Positions 19,979 through 29,326 of a stretch of 64,000 nucleotides of DNA are shown in pieces. The position numbers and the translations under genes were made by a program. This DNA comes from an uncultured virus (IMG/VR IMGVR_UViG_3300031867_000012) (lineage: Duplodnaviria; Heunggongvirae; Uroviricota; Caudoviricetes): the IMG/VR virus record IMGVR_UViG_3300031867_000012; one strand, written 5' to 3'. Below the pieces are notes generated by a model. That model made no database searches. It had not been told where the DNA came from and saw only the letters and a program-made list of their open reading frames with translations. Positions within the stretch are counted from its first letter, which is position 1; every line of letters starts with the position of its first letter.

Positions 19979-21379
19979 TTAATTATTAATTATATTTCCT
20001 TGTAATGATAATTTAATATCATTAATTTTTGTTTTTTGATTAAATTTAGAACCACCTATATAAGTAATACTAAATTTAATAATATCTTTATATAATGCTT
20101 TTAATTCTTTAACTTCAACTACTTCATTAAATATTAATTGTTTTCCTAATTTATTAAAAAGTAAATTTGGTAAAACATATGATTTGCCATCTTTTAAATA
20201 AAATGTAATATTACAATAAAAATCATGATAATCATCCCAAATTTTATTATCATCAATATTTATAACAAATGCCTTAACATTAAATTTAAGATAATCACCT
20301 GATAATATTATATAATTATAATCCATCGTATATGTATAAGTTTTTTTAATTACACTTTCCCCATTCAAGATATTACCATTTTGATATATTGATAAATAAC
20401 TATTAACAAATTTATATGTTTCTCCAGAAATTAAAGTAGGATATATATTTATTGAATCAAATGTAAATCTATATGCATTATTTATTTCTAAAAATTTATA
20501 TAATGTTGTTATATTTGATTTATTTAAAAAATCAGATATTTTGAATTTACCAATAACATAAGGATTAGGATCAGTATAATCAATTAGTTGATATGCAGTT
20601 ATCTTTATAAATCCATTTTGTAATATATCCTTTTCTTTATCAGTACTAATATCAAAATTAAAAAGTTGTTTACTTAATAACCCAGTTGAATTATAATATT
20701 TTACATATATTTTTTTATATATTGCTAAATAATCATTTTCAATTATTTCTATTTTTAAATAACAAATTGATTTATTTAAACATAAATTTTTATCCATATT
20801 TAATACAATTATTACATTTTGATAAATATCATTTTTAATAAGTTTATTTATTGTTGGTACAGTATTATTTTCATCATTAATTTGACTAGTATTATCAAAT
20901 TGAGTAATTGTATATGTTGATGTATATGAAGTATCATTTTCCGATTTAGTATATGTAGATGTTGTATTATCAATAGCTTTATCTCCTTGTTTTCTATAAA
21001 AATAAGTATTATCTGGTGTATACACTAATTCATATATTTCTCCACCTATAGAACCAAATCCATTATGGTTAAAAAAATAATTCATTATAATATCATTAGT
21101 TGATATTATGTGTGTATGCCAAACTTTAGCATCATTAAATATTTTAGCACCTTCTTCGGATAATTTAGAACCATCAATAACATTAACTGCAACTTGTTTT
21201 AACACAGTACATTTATCATATGTACCTATTATTCCTGGGTACAATGGAGAGGTTAATGGAATATATACTTTTTTCCCATCAATTGTTATTGTATTTTTTA
21301 ATGTATTAGATATAATAGATGTACTATTACTTTTTATTATATTTGTTATATTTGAATTTCCTATATTAAAATTTGGCAT
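19979..21379 (-). CDS. hypothetical (putative virion) protein
   Basis: 466-aa ORF inside the co-oriented structural block. Confidence 0.6.
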   Translation of the reverse strand: MPNFNIGNSNITNIIKSNSTSIISNTLKNTITIDGKKVYIPLTSPLYPGIIGTYDKCTVLKQVAVNVIDGSKLSEEGAKIFNDAKVWHTHIISTNDIIMNYFFNHNGFGSIGGEIYELVYTPDNTYFYRKQGDKAIDNTTSTYTKSENDTSYTSTYTITQFDNTSQINDENNTVPTINKLIKNDIYQNVIIVLNMDKNLCLNKSICYLKIEIIENDYLAIYKKIYVKYYNSTGLLSKQLFNFDISTDKEKDILQNGFIKITAYQLIDYTDPNPYVIGKFKISDFLNKSNITTLYKFLEINNAYRFTFDSINIYPTLISGETYKFVNSYLSIYQNGNILNGESVIKKTYTYTMDYNYIILSGDYLKFNVKAFVINIDDNKIWDDYHDFYCNITFYLKDGKSYVLPNLLFNKLGKQLIFNEVVEVKELKALYKDIIKFSITYIGGSKFNQKTKINDIKLSLQGNIINN

Positions 21380-21400
21380 TAATAGATATTTATAATATAT

Positions 21401-23266
21401 TTAACTAATATCAATATTTTTAAGAAGACTAATCTTACTTTCCCCATCTGTTATTTTTGTTAATATTTCATCACTAACTTGTATATTAAGAGAATTAATA
21501 ATAGTGTTATTTGTTTTTATTGTTTTTTCTTTACCAGCAACAACTACTTGATATGTTATATATGATGGTTTATATTTATTTAATTGATCCGGTATTAAAT
21601 CTGCTCTAATTGTTGAATTTATTTGTTCAGTTGAATTATTTATTAAATGAACTTCATAATCTATTTTTGGATCACTTATTATAAGATGTGTTTTATTTAA
21701 TACTCCACTAGTTGATGATAATAAAACTTGCCCAGTAATACTTGATTGTATCAAGAAATGAAATTCATTATTATAATGTTGCTTAACTGAAATTGTTATC
21801 TTTGTATCAGTTAATATGTCTGAATCCTTACTAATAACATATGTTTCTGTATTATCAGAATTTTCTATAAAATCTGTTGTTATTGTTTCAAGATCTGTAA
21901 ATAAAATTAATGAACTTTGTGAATTTGTATTATTAGATATATCTTTTTTAGATAATATTTCAAAAAATTCTGATGAATTATTTGATGCCACAGCAAAATT
22001 ATTTGTAATTGTTTTCTTTAAATTATAACCATATATATATGATGTATTGATTAATCGATTATCTTTTAATTCTAAATTACATAAATAATATTTACTAATA
22101 TCATTATTGAAATTAATATTAATAATCATATATACATTACCATTAATATATTGTTGAATAGATTGATCAATAATATCAGTAAATATACCATTAGGTGCTA
22201 TTTTATAATTATCATTATAATTAATCTTAGAACCATCGATATACCAATTTATATTTTGTTTAGATAAAATTGTTTCACTTTCAATCGATGATACTAATAT
22301 CTTATCATTTAATACATAATAGTTTTCATTAGAATTTAGAGGATTATGAACATTATTTTTCCATTCATCACGTTTAATGGCAATATATCCTTTATTAGAA
22401 CTTATTATACTTGTACCAATATTTATTTGATCTGTGTCATTGGTTGAATAAATAGGAATAGTATTTAATGCATTTTTTACATACATTATATTATTACTAT
22501 CATATATATATTGGTTCATATTTCTTTTTAATGGCATGAAACGTGGATCACCATCTTCTAATACATTACTTGCAATAACACAAACCATAGCTGGTGTATT
22601 TATAGTACCAGATTTATTTGTTTTATTAAGAGTATATTTTTTCTTTTCTGAATTATAATATAATATATCCCCAACTTCTGCATGCATTGATACATTTAAA
22701 TCAGCAATACATACTTTATATAAATCTTCTATTTTCTTAATAATATTATTGCATTTATCATAATATTTTTTTATATTTTGTAAATCATGTTTTAATCCAT
22801 TTGATAATTTTATTTGGTTATTATCAAATACAACAGAACCATTTTCATTAAATGTATTAAAATAATTATTGTTATAGTATATATCATTCTTAATAGATAA
22901 AAGTCCTCTATTTAAATAAGATGCTTCTTTAAATGAAGTTGTATCTACATTAATATAATATTTACCATTATATTCTTTTATCTTTAATGTATCATTATCT
23001 ATTTTTATTTCAAATTTATTATCTTTTATAGATAATCCATTACCTTCTACTATATTATATGTTAATTGTTGAATATTAGTATCAGGATCTATATAATATA
23101 ATTCATATGATAAGCCTTTATAATAATCAAATCCAATATATGAACCTGGATTAAAATAACTAGATACAACAAATGTATTTGGAGATGTATATTTACTATA
23201 ATTTTGTACATCTTCAATATTAGGAGTATATAAAATATTAACAGAATTTAATACTCTATTAAACAT
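21401..23266 (-). CDS. Asn-rich putative virion protein
   Basis: 621 aa; shared N-terminal module (EASYLNRGLL), then AEVGDILYY...PAMVCVIA...DGDPRFMPL. Confidence 0.55.
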   Translation of the reverse strand: MFNRVLNSVNILYTPNIEDVQNYSKYTSPNTFVVSSYFNPGSYIGFDYYKGLSYELYYIDPDTNIQQLTYNIVEGNGLSIKDNKFEIKIDNDTLKIKEYNGKYYINVDTTSFKEASYLNRGLLSIKNDIYYNNNYFNTFNENGSVVFDNNQIKLSNGLKHDLQNIKKYYDKCNNIIKKIEDLYKVCIADLNVSMHAEVGDILYYNSEKKKYTLNKTNKSGTINTPAMVCVIASNVLEDGDPRFMPLKRNMNQYIYDSNNIMYVKNALNTIPIYSTNDTDQINIGTSIISSNKGYIAIKRDEWKNNVHNPLNSNENYYVLNDKILVSSIESETILSKQNINWYIDGSKINYNDNYKIAPNGIFTDIIDQSIQQYINGNVYMIININFNNDISKYYLCNLELKDNRLINTSYIYGYNLKKTITNNFAVASNNSSEFFEILSKKDISNNTNSQSSLILFTDLETITTDFIENSDNTETYVISKDSDILTDTKITISVKQHYNNEFHFLIQSSITGQVLLSSTSGVLNKTHLIISDPKIDYEVHLINNSTEQINSTIRADLIPDQLNKYKPSYITYQVVVAGKEKTIKTNNTIINSLNIQVSDEILTKITDGESKISLLKNIDIS

Positions 23267-23365
23267 AAATCATTAAATAATTTTTCTTTATATAAAAATA
23301 AAATAATGAATTCATAAAACTTGTCAAAATAGATTTATATTTTTAATAAAACAAATATAAATATA

Positions 23366-23779
23366 ATGAATACATATTTTTGTAATATTAATATGATTAA
23401 TGAAGAAGTTGAAGATTTTGTAATAGCTAAAAACAAAATTGAGCAGCCTCTTATAGAAGGTGAACAATTAGAAAGAAAAATGTCAATTCAAGAATTCTTA
23501 AATTATATAGATTTATCAAAGAATATATTTATGGCTAATGATGAATCTAATATTAGTATACCATTTTCTATTATATACCCATCAAAGGAAAATATTGTAA
23601 TTATTTATTCATTAGAATCAAAAATTGAAAAATATACTAAATTATTTAAGGATAATTTAGAAAAAATAGATTATAATTTAGAATCTTTAAATAAATTATC
23701 ACAATTAGAAATTCTTAATGGTATAGTTGCTAATAAACCTTATTATATTATTGATAATAATTTTTATATAGACAAATAA
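23366..23779 (+). CDS. hypothetical protein
   Basis: 137-aa ORF with AT-rich leader and a terminator directly after the stop. Confidence 0.75.
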   Translation: MNTYFCNINMINEEVEDFVIAKNKIEQPLIEGEQLERKMSIQEFLNYIDLSKNIFMANDESNISIPFSIIYPSKENIVIIYSLESKIEKYTKLFKDNLEKIDYNLESLNKLSQLEILNGIVANKPYYIIDNNFYIDK

Positions 23780-23808
23780 AAGCTAGTACTTGGTACTAGC
23801 TTTATTTT
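23779..23808. terminator. bidirectional terminator between convergent genes
   Basis: AAAGCTAGTAC-TTG-GTACTAGCTTT with flanking A/T runs. Confidence 0.8.
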
Positions 23809-24357
23809 TTAATCCCACCATGCTTCAGAATAATCTCTTAATATTTTGAAATATAAATATCTTGCTTTATATTTATAATATTCTTCTGGGTTTGTATCAT
23901 AAATATCTGTTGCCATATATTCATTTCCTTCGGAATCTATTCCACGGTAAGGAAATCTATCTTTATTCTTGATATTATATGGAATTTTCATAATAATACC
24001 TTTTTTAGTATTATCATAATCCCAATAATCTCTAATATTCAATATTATTTCAAGAAGACCAATACATTTTCTTTGATATTTATTTATTTCATTTTCTAAT
24101 TTTTCATCAGAACAATAACATTTATCATTAAAATATACTTGACTTTTCTTTAACCATTCATATTGTAATCTAAGAAAATAATATTGATCCCATGGATAAC
24201 AATGAAAACAACAATATGATACAAACTTCCAATGTTGTTTATATTTTCCACATGTTTTCCACCAATGCCTTATATCACCATATATTTTCTTTGGTTTATC
24301 TACTGTATAATAAACAATATCATCCCAAATATCAGTTATTTTTTCTTTCCAATTCAT
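23809..24357 (-). CDS. hypothetical Trp-rich phage protein
   Basis: 182 aa ending in WWD. Confidence 0.75.
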   Translation of the reverse strand: MNWKEKITDIWDDIVYYTVDKPKKIYGDIRHWWKTCGKYKQHWKFVSYCCFHCYPWDQYYFLRLQYEWLKKSQVYFNDKCYCSDEKLENEINKYQRKCIGLLEIILNIRDYWDYDNTKKGIIMKIPYNIKNKDRFPYRGIDSEGNEYMATDIYDTNPEEYYKYKARYLYFKILRDYSEAWWD

Positions 24358-24718
24358 TTTTATGTTCTTTCATTCTTTTTATATTTTCATTAAATAATTG
24401 TTCAATTTCAGGATATTCAACAATTAAATTGCTAACATATTCAAAAATACCATTAAATATATCAATAGCTACAGATTCTTTAGGAGTACCAATTCCTTTA
24501 TTAATAGCATTAAATATATCATGTTGAGCATTATCTTTAGATGTTAATGAAAACTTAATATTATGCTTATATTCTTTATCATATCCAAGAATAACTAAAT
24601 CAATACTCTCTCCTTGAGTCTTCTGATATTCTTCCATCCACTTTTCAATATAATCACCGAGTAATTTTAAACGTGGTGAATCAATGGAATTATCAATAAT
24701 TTCTTTCTTTACATTCAT
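24332..24718 (-). CDS. hypothetical protein
   Basis: 128-aa ORF in operon. Confidence 0.75.
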   Translation of the reverse strand: MNVKKEIIDNSIDSPRLKLLGDYIEKWMEEYQKTQGESIDLVILGYDKEYKHNIKFSLTSKDNAQHDIFNAINKGIGTPKESVAIDIFNGIFEYVSNLIVEYPEIEQLFNENIKRMKEHKNELERKNN

Positions 24719-24733
24719 AATAAATTTATTTAG

Positions 24734-24964
24734 TTAAACAATAATAACATCATTAAAATCAAACTTATATGTCATTAAATCTTCTATCGAAATATCTTCA
24801 GGAAGAATTATATTATTCATTTCAAGACATTCTTCAATTCGTGTATAATCATCTTGTATTGGTTCAATTCCACTTTGTTGGTGTGCAACTTTATCCATAT
24901 AATCAATAATCATTGATTTATTGTTTGCCTCCCATATTTCTTTAATAATCAATTTTTTATCCAT
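24734..24964 (-). CDS. hypothetical acidic protein
   Basis: 76-aa ORF starting 2 nt after the clpX stop. Confidence 0.7.
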   Translation of the reverse strand: MDKKLIIKEIWEANNKSMIIDYMDKVAHQQSGIEPIQDDYTRIEECLEMNNIILPEDISIEDLMTYKFDFNDVIIV

Positions 24965-24966
24965 AA

Positions 24967-26142
24967 TTATTCTAAAATTGATTTAGCATATTTTAATGTT
25001 ACTTTAAATTCTTTAATATCTTCTGAAGGTGTATTATACATTGCTTTAGACATTAAATCTTCCATAATACCTCTAAGACCACGGGCACCAACACCACGTT
25101 CAATAGCTTTATCAGCAATATATTCATAAACTTTCTTTTCAAACTTAAGATCAATTCCATCAATCTCAAAAAGTTTCTTATATTGCTTAACTATAGCATT
25201 TTTAGGTTCAGTAATAATTTTTACTAAATCTTCTCTATTAAGTTCTTCAGTATATGTAATAACTGGTAAACGACCAAGTATTTCTGGAATAAGACCAAAT
25301 TTCTTAATATCTTGAACTGTTACATCACACAATGAAGGTTTTTGATTTTCTTTTCTTTTTTCAATTGCACCAAAACCAACCGCATGTCTATTCAAACGCA
25401 TATCTATTTTCTTCTCTAGCCCATCAAAAGCACCACCACAGATAAATAATATGTTTTTAGTATCAACTTGAATCAAAGGTTGATCAGGATGCTTCCTGCC
25501 GCCTTTAGGAGCTACATTACATATCGAACCTTCTAAAAGCTTAAGCAATCCTTGTTGTACACCTTCACCAGATACATCTCTTGTAATTGATGGATTATCA
25601 CCCTTTCTAGCAATTTTATCTATTTCATCAATAAATATAATTCCCTTTTGTGCCTTTTCAACATCATAATCTGCCGCTTGTAAAAGTCTAGTAATAACTG
25701 TATCTACGTCTTCACCAACATATCCTGCCTCAGTAAGAACTGTTGCATCTGCAATACAGAATGGTACATTAAGAAGTTTAGCAATTGTCCTGGCAATAAG
25801 TGTCTTACCACTACCAGTTGGACCAAGTAAAAGAATATTACTTTTCTCAATCTCAACTTCATTATCAATATTTGCCGCATTAATTCTTTTATAATGATTA
25901 TAAACTGCTACGGCAATTCTCTCTTTAGCTTTATCTTGTCCTATGATATATTGATCCAAAAATTCTTTAATTTCTTTTGGTTTTTTCATATCACCAATTG
26001 ACTCTTTATATATTGGTTTTTTATAATCATTGATGATATTATATACTTGAGAGGCACATTCTTCACAAATATTCCCAAATGTACCATTAACTAAAAGTTT
26101 TGTTTGGTTTTCTCCTCTACCACAAAAACTACATTTTTGCAT
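24967..26142 (-). CDS. clpX: ATP-dependent Clp protease ATP-binding subunit ClpX
   Basis: N-terminal zinc domain CSFCG..CEEC, Walker [15 protein letters not shown] pore loop, [21 protein letters not shown] loop, VGF (IGF-type) loop, GARGLR. Confidence 0.97.
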   Translation of the reverse strand: MQKCSFCGRGENQTKLLVNGTFGNICEECASQVYNIINDYKKPIYKESIGDMKKPKEIKEFLDQYIIGQDKAKERIAVAVYNHYKRINAANIDNEVEIEKSNILLLGPTGSGKTLIARTIAKLLNVPFCIADATVLTEAGYVGEDVDTVITRLLQAADYDVEKAQKGIIFIDEIDKIARKGDNPSITRDVSGEGVQQGLLKLLEGSICNVAPKGGRKHPDQPLIQVDTKNILFICGGAFDGLEKKIDMRLNRHAVGFGAIEKRKENQKPSLCDVTVQDIKKFGLIPEILGRLPVITYTEELNREDLVKIITEPKNAIVKQYKKLFEIDGIDLKFEKKVYEYIADKAIERGVGARGLRGIMEDLMSKAMYNTPSEDIKEFKVTLKYAKSILE

Positions 26143-26189
26143 ATTATCAAATTTATTTTTAATTAATCTTATATTAAAATAGTTAATCG

Positions 26190-26417
26190 ATGAAACGAGT
26201 TAAAACTTATCCTTTTAAGAAATTAATATTAGATCTAGTTGGTAAGAATATACATTTCACTAGTGATTGTGAATTCTTTCCTAATTTCAACGTGAAAGGA
26301 AAAGTTATATCATATTATATAAGAACCAACGAAATTGTATTCAAATTAAAAACTAATTATGGAAAAACAATTGATGTTGGTTCTAATATGAAAAATTTAA
26401 AATTCGAATTTATCTAA
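26190..26417 (+). CDS. hypothetical protein, antisense to the surrounding block
   Basis: 75-aa ORF filling the gap between clpX and cca; 3' end overlaps the cca 3' end by 21 nt. Confidence 0.6.
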   Translation: MKRVKTYPFKKLILDLVGKNIHFTSDCEFFPNFNVKGKVISYYIRTNEIVFKLKTNYGKTIDVGSNMKNLKFEFI

Positions 26418-27671
26418 TAATTTAAAACATTCTTCCTTTGTTAAATCAGGCTTATCAAAAGATAATTCAAGTAAATTACTAAGAATATCTCTAACTTTTT
26501 TAGAAGGTTCTATATGTAAGTAATCTATAATATCTTTACCATTAATAGGTAATACATACTCATAATGGTTAGTTGTATTATCAATATATTTTTCAATATT
26601 AGTTAGACATGGCCATAAGATATAAAATACATTACATATATCTTCGAATGTTTCTTTCGTTTTACACTCATATTGTAAGTGACGAATTTTATGTTTATTA
26701 ATACCTTTTATAAATTCTGGTAAGAATTTATTTGTAAGTTTAATAATATTAATGATTCTATGAATATCATCTTTAGAATACTTCCTATTACTTAAAATAA
26801 GTTCTGCATATTGTGGATAAGGATATAATAGCATAACTAATCTAGTATACTTATGTTTCAATAATGGGGATGCCATAATATGATATTGTATATCATAGAA
26901 TTGTGGATAATGAAATTTATTTTTCACATATCCAAATGGAGACAATATATACTTCATTGCACCAATTCTTTCAAGCATAAATAAACCTTTAATATAATTC
27001 TTATCTGAAATAATCTTATCGAATTCAGAAGTTATTCTTTCATCACTAACAATTGTTAATCTATCAACATTATCTTTAAGTGCTTGATATACATGTGGTT
27101 TAATATCCCAATCATATCTTGTAGCAAATCGTACACATCTAAGAATACGTAATGGATCATCTTGATATGTAAGGTTTGGGTCACAAGGAGTATTAATTAC
27201 TTTATTTTCAATATCTTCAATAGAATGGCCACAAACATCTACCAACTTATCTTCTGAGATATTATAATAAAGAGCATTAATTGTCAAATCTCTACGCATA
27301 CAATCTTCTTTAATTGTACCATAGTCTTGAACAGGATTTCTTGAATTACGATCCGGATATTTCTCACTACGGGTATGCACTACCTCAATTTCAATTTTTG
27401 GATAATGCTTCAATTTAAACATAGCAGTACCATACTTTGGATAAGTGATAATACTACCATGTAATTTATTTTGACTATAGAGATATTCAGCAAGTTCAAT
27501 ACCACCATTAGGTAATTCTACTACAATATCAATATCTTTAATTTCATTACCTAATAGTTTATCACGACAACAACCACCAACACAATAAGTTTTACCTTCA
27601 AACTTTGTGTTAGTAATTAATTCTCGTAATTCATTAACAATATATTTATAAACATGTAATTTCATAATCAA
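26397..27671 (-). CDS. cca: class II tRNA nucleotidyltransferase (CCA-adding enzyme)
   Basis: VGGCCRD..KDIDI, flexible loop RSEKYPDRNSRNP, EDCMRRDLTINAL, DDPLRILRCVRFA. Confidence 0.9.
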   Translation of the reverse strand: MIMKLHVYKYIVNELRELITNTKFEGKTYCVGGCCRDKLLGNEIKDIDIVVELPNGGIELAEYLYSQNKLHGSIITYPKYGTAMFKLKHYPKIEIEVVHTRSEKYPDRNSRNPVQDYGTIKEDCMRRDLTINALYYNISEDKLVDVCGHSIEDIENKVINTPCDPNLTYQDDPLRILRCVRFATRYDWDIKPHVYQALKDNVDRLTIVSDERITSEFDKIISDKNYIKGLFMLERIGAMKYILSPFGYVKNKFHYPQFYDIQYHIMASPLLKHKYTRLVMLLYPYPQYAELILSNRKYSKDDIHRIINIIKLTNKFLPEFIKGINKHKIRHLQYECKTKETFEDICNVFYILWPCLTNIEKYIDNTTNHYEYVLPINGKDIIDYLHIEPSKKVRDILSNLLELSFDKPDLTKEECFKLLDKFEF

Positions 27672-28399
27672 TATTTAACTGTAGTAGCTTTAATGTTTTC
27701 TAGTTTATTCATTAACTCTTTATTATTGGCAAACCAACCACTTAATCTCTTTTCACAACTTCTCATTGAAGAAAGTTCAATGTCATTAAAAGTATAGAAT
27801 TCAATTTTTCTAATATCTCCTATATGATAGAAATTATATTTTTTAATTGTTTGCTTAATAATACTTATTTTGTAAATATCTGTCTTAAAATAGAAATTCA
27901 TACCAGTAGTTCCACGAACAACACAAAGTATTGCATCATTTTTTCTTCTGGCTAAACATCTTTCAGAATTTGTTGAAAGCTTAGAAACCTTTTGTTCGGT
28001 TGAAGTAACATGATTAGCAACTGAATAACCAGATTCTTTTGAAATTCTTTTGGCCTCATTCATAAACCAAATTCCATGGGCATCATATTTATGCCCAGTA
28101 ACTTTACAACCATTTTTAATGAAATGCTCCGGGTGCCAAGTATAATCAGCAATATGAATCATTTCATGAAGAAGTGTCTGAATTTTAACAACTTCAGGAG
28201 AATCATAATAATTAGAAAGAATAATCTCATCAGGAATAATAGTATTATTCTTATAATCATATATAAATGATGCGTAACCCCAAGAATGCTTTGTTCTATT
28301 CGTCTTAAACTTAATTGTAGGAAGAGTACCTCTAAAATAGAGCTGATTAAACTTGTTATAATGATTCTCAATCCAATTAACTGTTACGAGCATATTCAA
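27668..28399 (-). CDS. SprT-like zinc metalloprotease
   Basis: FNQLYFRGTLP, TLLHEMIH, AHGIWF. Confidence 0.88.
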   Translation of the reverse strand: MNMLVTVNWIENHYNKFNQLYFRGTLPTIKFKTNRTKHSWGYASFIYDYKNNTIIPDEIILSNYYDSPEVVKIQTLLHEMIHIADYTWHPEHFIKNGCKVTGHKYDAHGIWFMNEAKRISKESGYSVANHVTSTEQKVSKLSTNSERCLARRKNDAILCVVRGTTGMNFYFKTDIYKISIIKQTIKKYNFYHIGDIRKIEFYTFNDIELSSMRSCEKRLSGWFANNKELMNKLENIKATTVKY

Positions 28400-28408
28400 A
28401 TTATTTAA

Positions 28409-28446
28409 TTACAATAATAAAATAGTAAATTAATAAATAAATTCAA
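28409..28446 (-). promoter_or_regulatory. phage promoter motif, copy 3
   Basis: TTGAAT-N15-CTATTTTA-TTAT-TGTAA upstream of the sprT-like ATG. Confidence 0.75.
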
Positions 28447-28454
28447 TTAATATA

Positions 28455-28486
28455 TAATAAAAAATGGTAAGCCTAAGCCTACCATT
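28455..28486 (-). terminator. intrinsic terminator
   Basis: Minus strand AATGGTAGGC-TTAG-GCTTACCATT followed by TTTT. Confidence 0.7.
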
Positions 28487-28515
28487 CTATCACCTCTATT
28501 TTTTGATATCGTTTA

Positions 28516-29190
28516 TTAAGGCCATTCACCAAGTGGCATTTTAAATCCTTTTGCTTCTGGAAAAGCAGGATTTGAATTTGTACAATTACCAGTAACAGCA
28601 TCTACCCAAATTTGTTCTTTAATATTACCAAAAATCCATTGTGTATTAACAGCTACAGGACCAATAGGATTTCTCAATGTAACATGCTTTGAGTGAACTT
28701 TAGGGAAATTAACTGCCATCATTCTATCCCAAGCTTCAGTATACTTAAGCTTAAGAACTTTATCTTCTAATGGGTAGTTTTCAACCCAGAATCCAGCAAC
28801 AGAGTCTGTAAGTACAGTACCATCATTAAAATGTTGATATTTGTATACCCAAGTATCAAAACCATTTTCTCTTTCTACAACAGTTTGGAATATATTAACA
28901 ACCATTACTGGATCACTTGTAGCATCATCACTATCCATAAATGTTGGAAGAAGAATATCTGTTTCATACCAACGATAATCACCACCATGATTTACATACA
29001 TAGCTTGACGGTCTAAAGAGATTGTTTGTTCTACATTTAAAGCAACTGTTGCAGCGGTAGAATCTTTTAATACAACTTCAGTTGAATCTTTTTGAGTTTG
29101 AACTGTTCCACTTTGACAACCATTACATGAACTAAGTCCAAGTGCTAATGAAAATATCAAACTCATCATTAACAATGAAAGTTTCTTCAT
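28516..29190 (-). CDS. putative lipoprotein
   Basis: Signal peptide with lipobox LSSC; DST-containing linker; C-terminal PepSY-like IWVDAVTG. Confidence 0.75.
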   Translation of the reverse strand: MKKLSLLMMSLIFSLALGLSSCNGCQSGTVQTQKDSTEVVLKDSTAATVALNVEQTISLDRQAMYVNHGGDYRWYETDILLPTFMDSDDATSDPVMVVNIFQTVVERENGFDTWVYKYQHFNDGTVLTDSVAGFWVENYPLEDKVLKLKYTEAWDRMMAVNFPKVHSKHVTLRNPIGPVAVNTQWIFGNIKEQIWVDAVTGNCTNSNPAFPEAKGFKMPLGEWP

Positions 29191-29271
29191 AAAATTAAAT
29201 TTAAAATATATTTGTTTGATTTAAAATAAAATAATATATTTTAAAAATAGTTAAAATAAAGAAATTTATTT

Positions 29272-29308
29272 AAAAAAATATCCACCTACTTTCACAAGCA
29301 AGTGGATA
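29272..29308 (-). terminator. intrinsic terminator
   Basis: Minus strand TATCCACTTGCTT-GTGA-AAGTAGGTGGATA followed by TTTTTT (G-U pairs in stem). Confidence 0.7.
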
Positions 29309-29326
29309 AAATGTTTAATTTAATTT

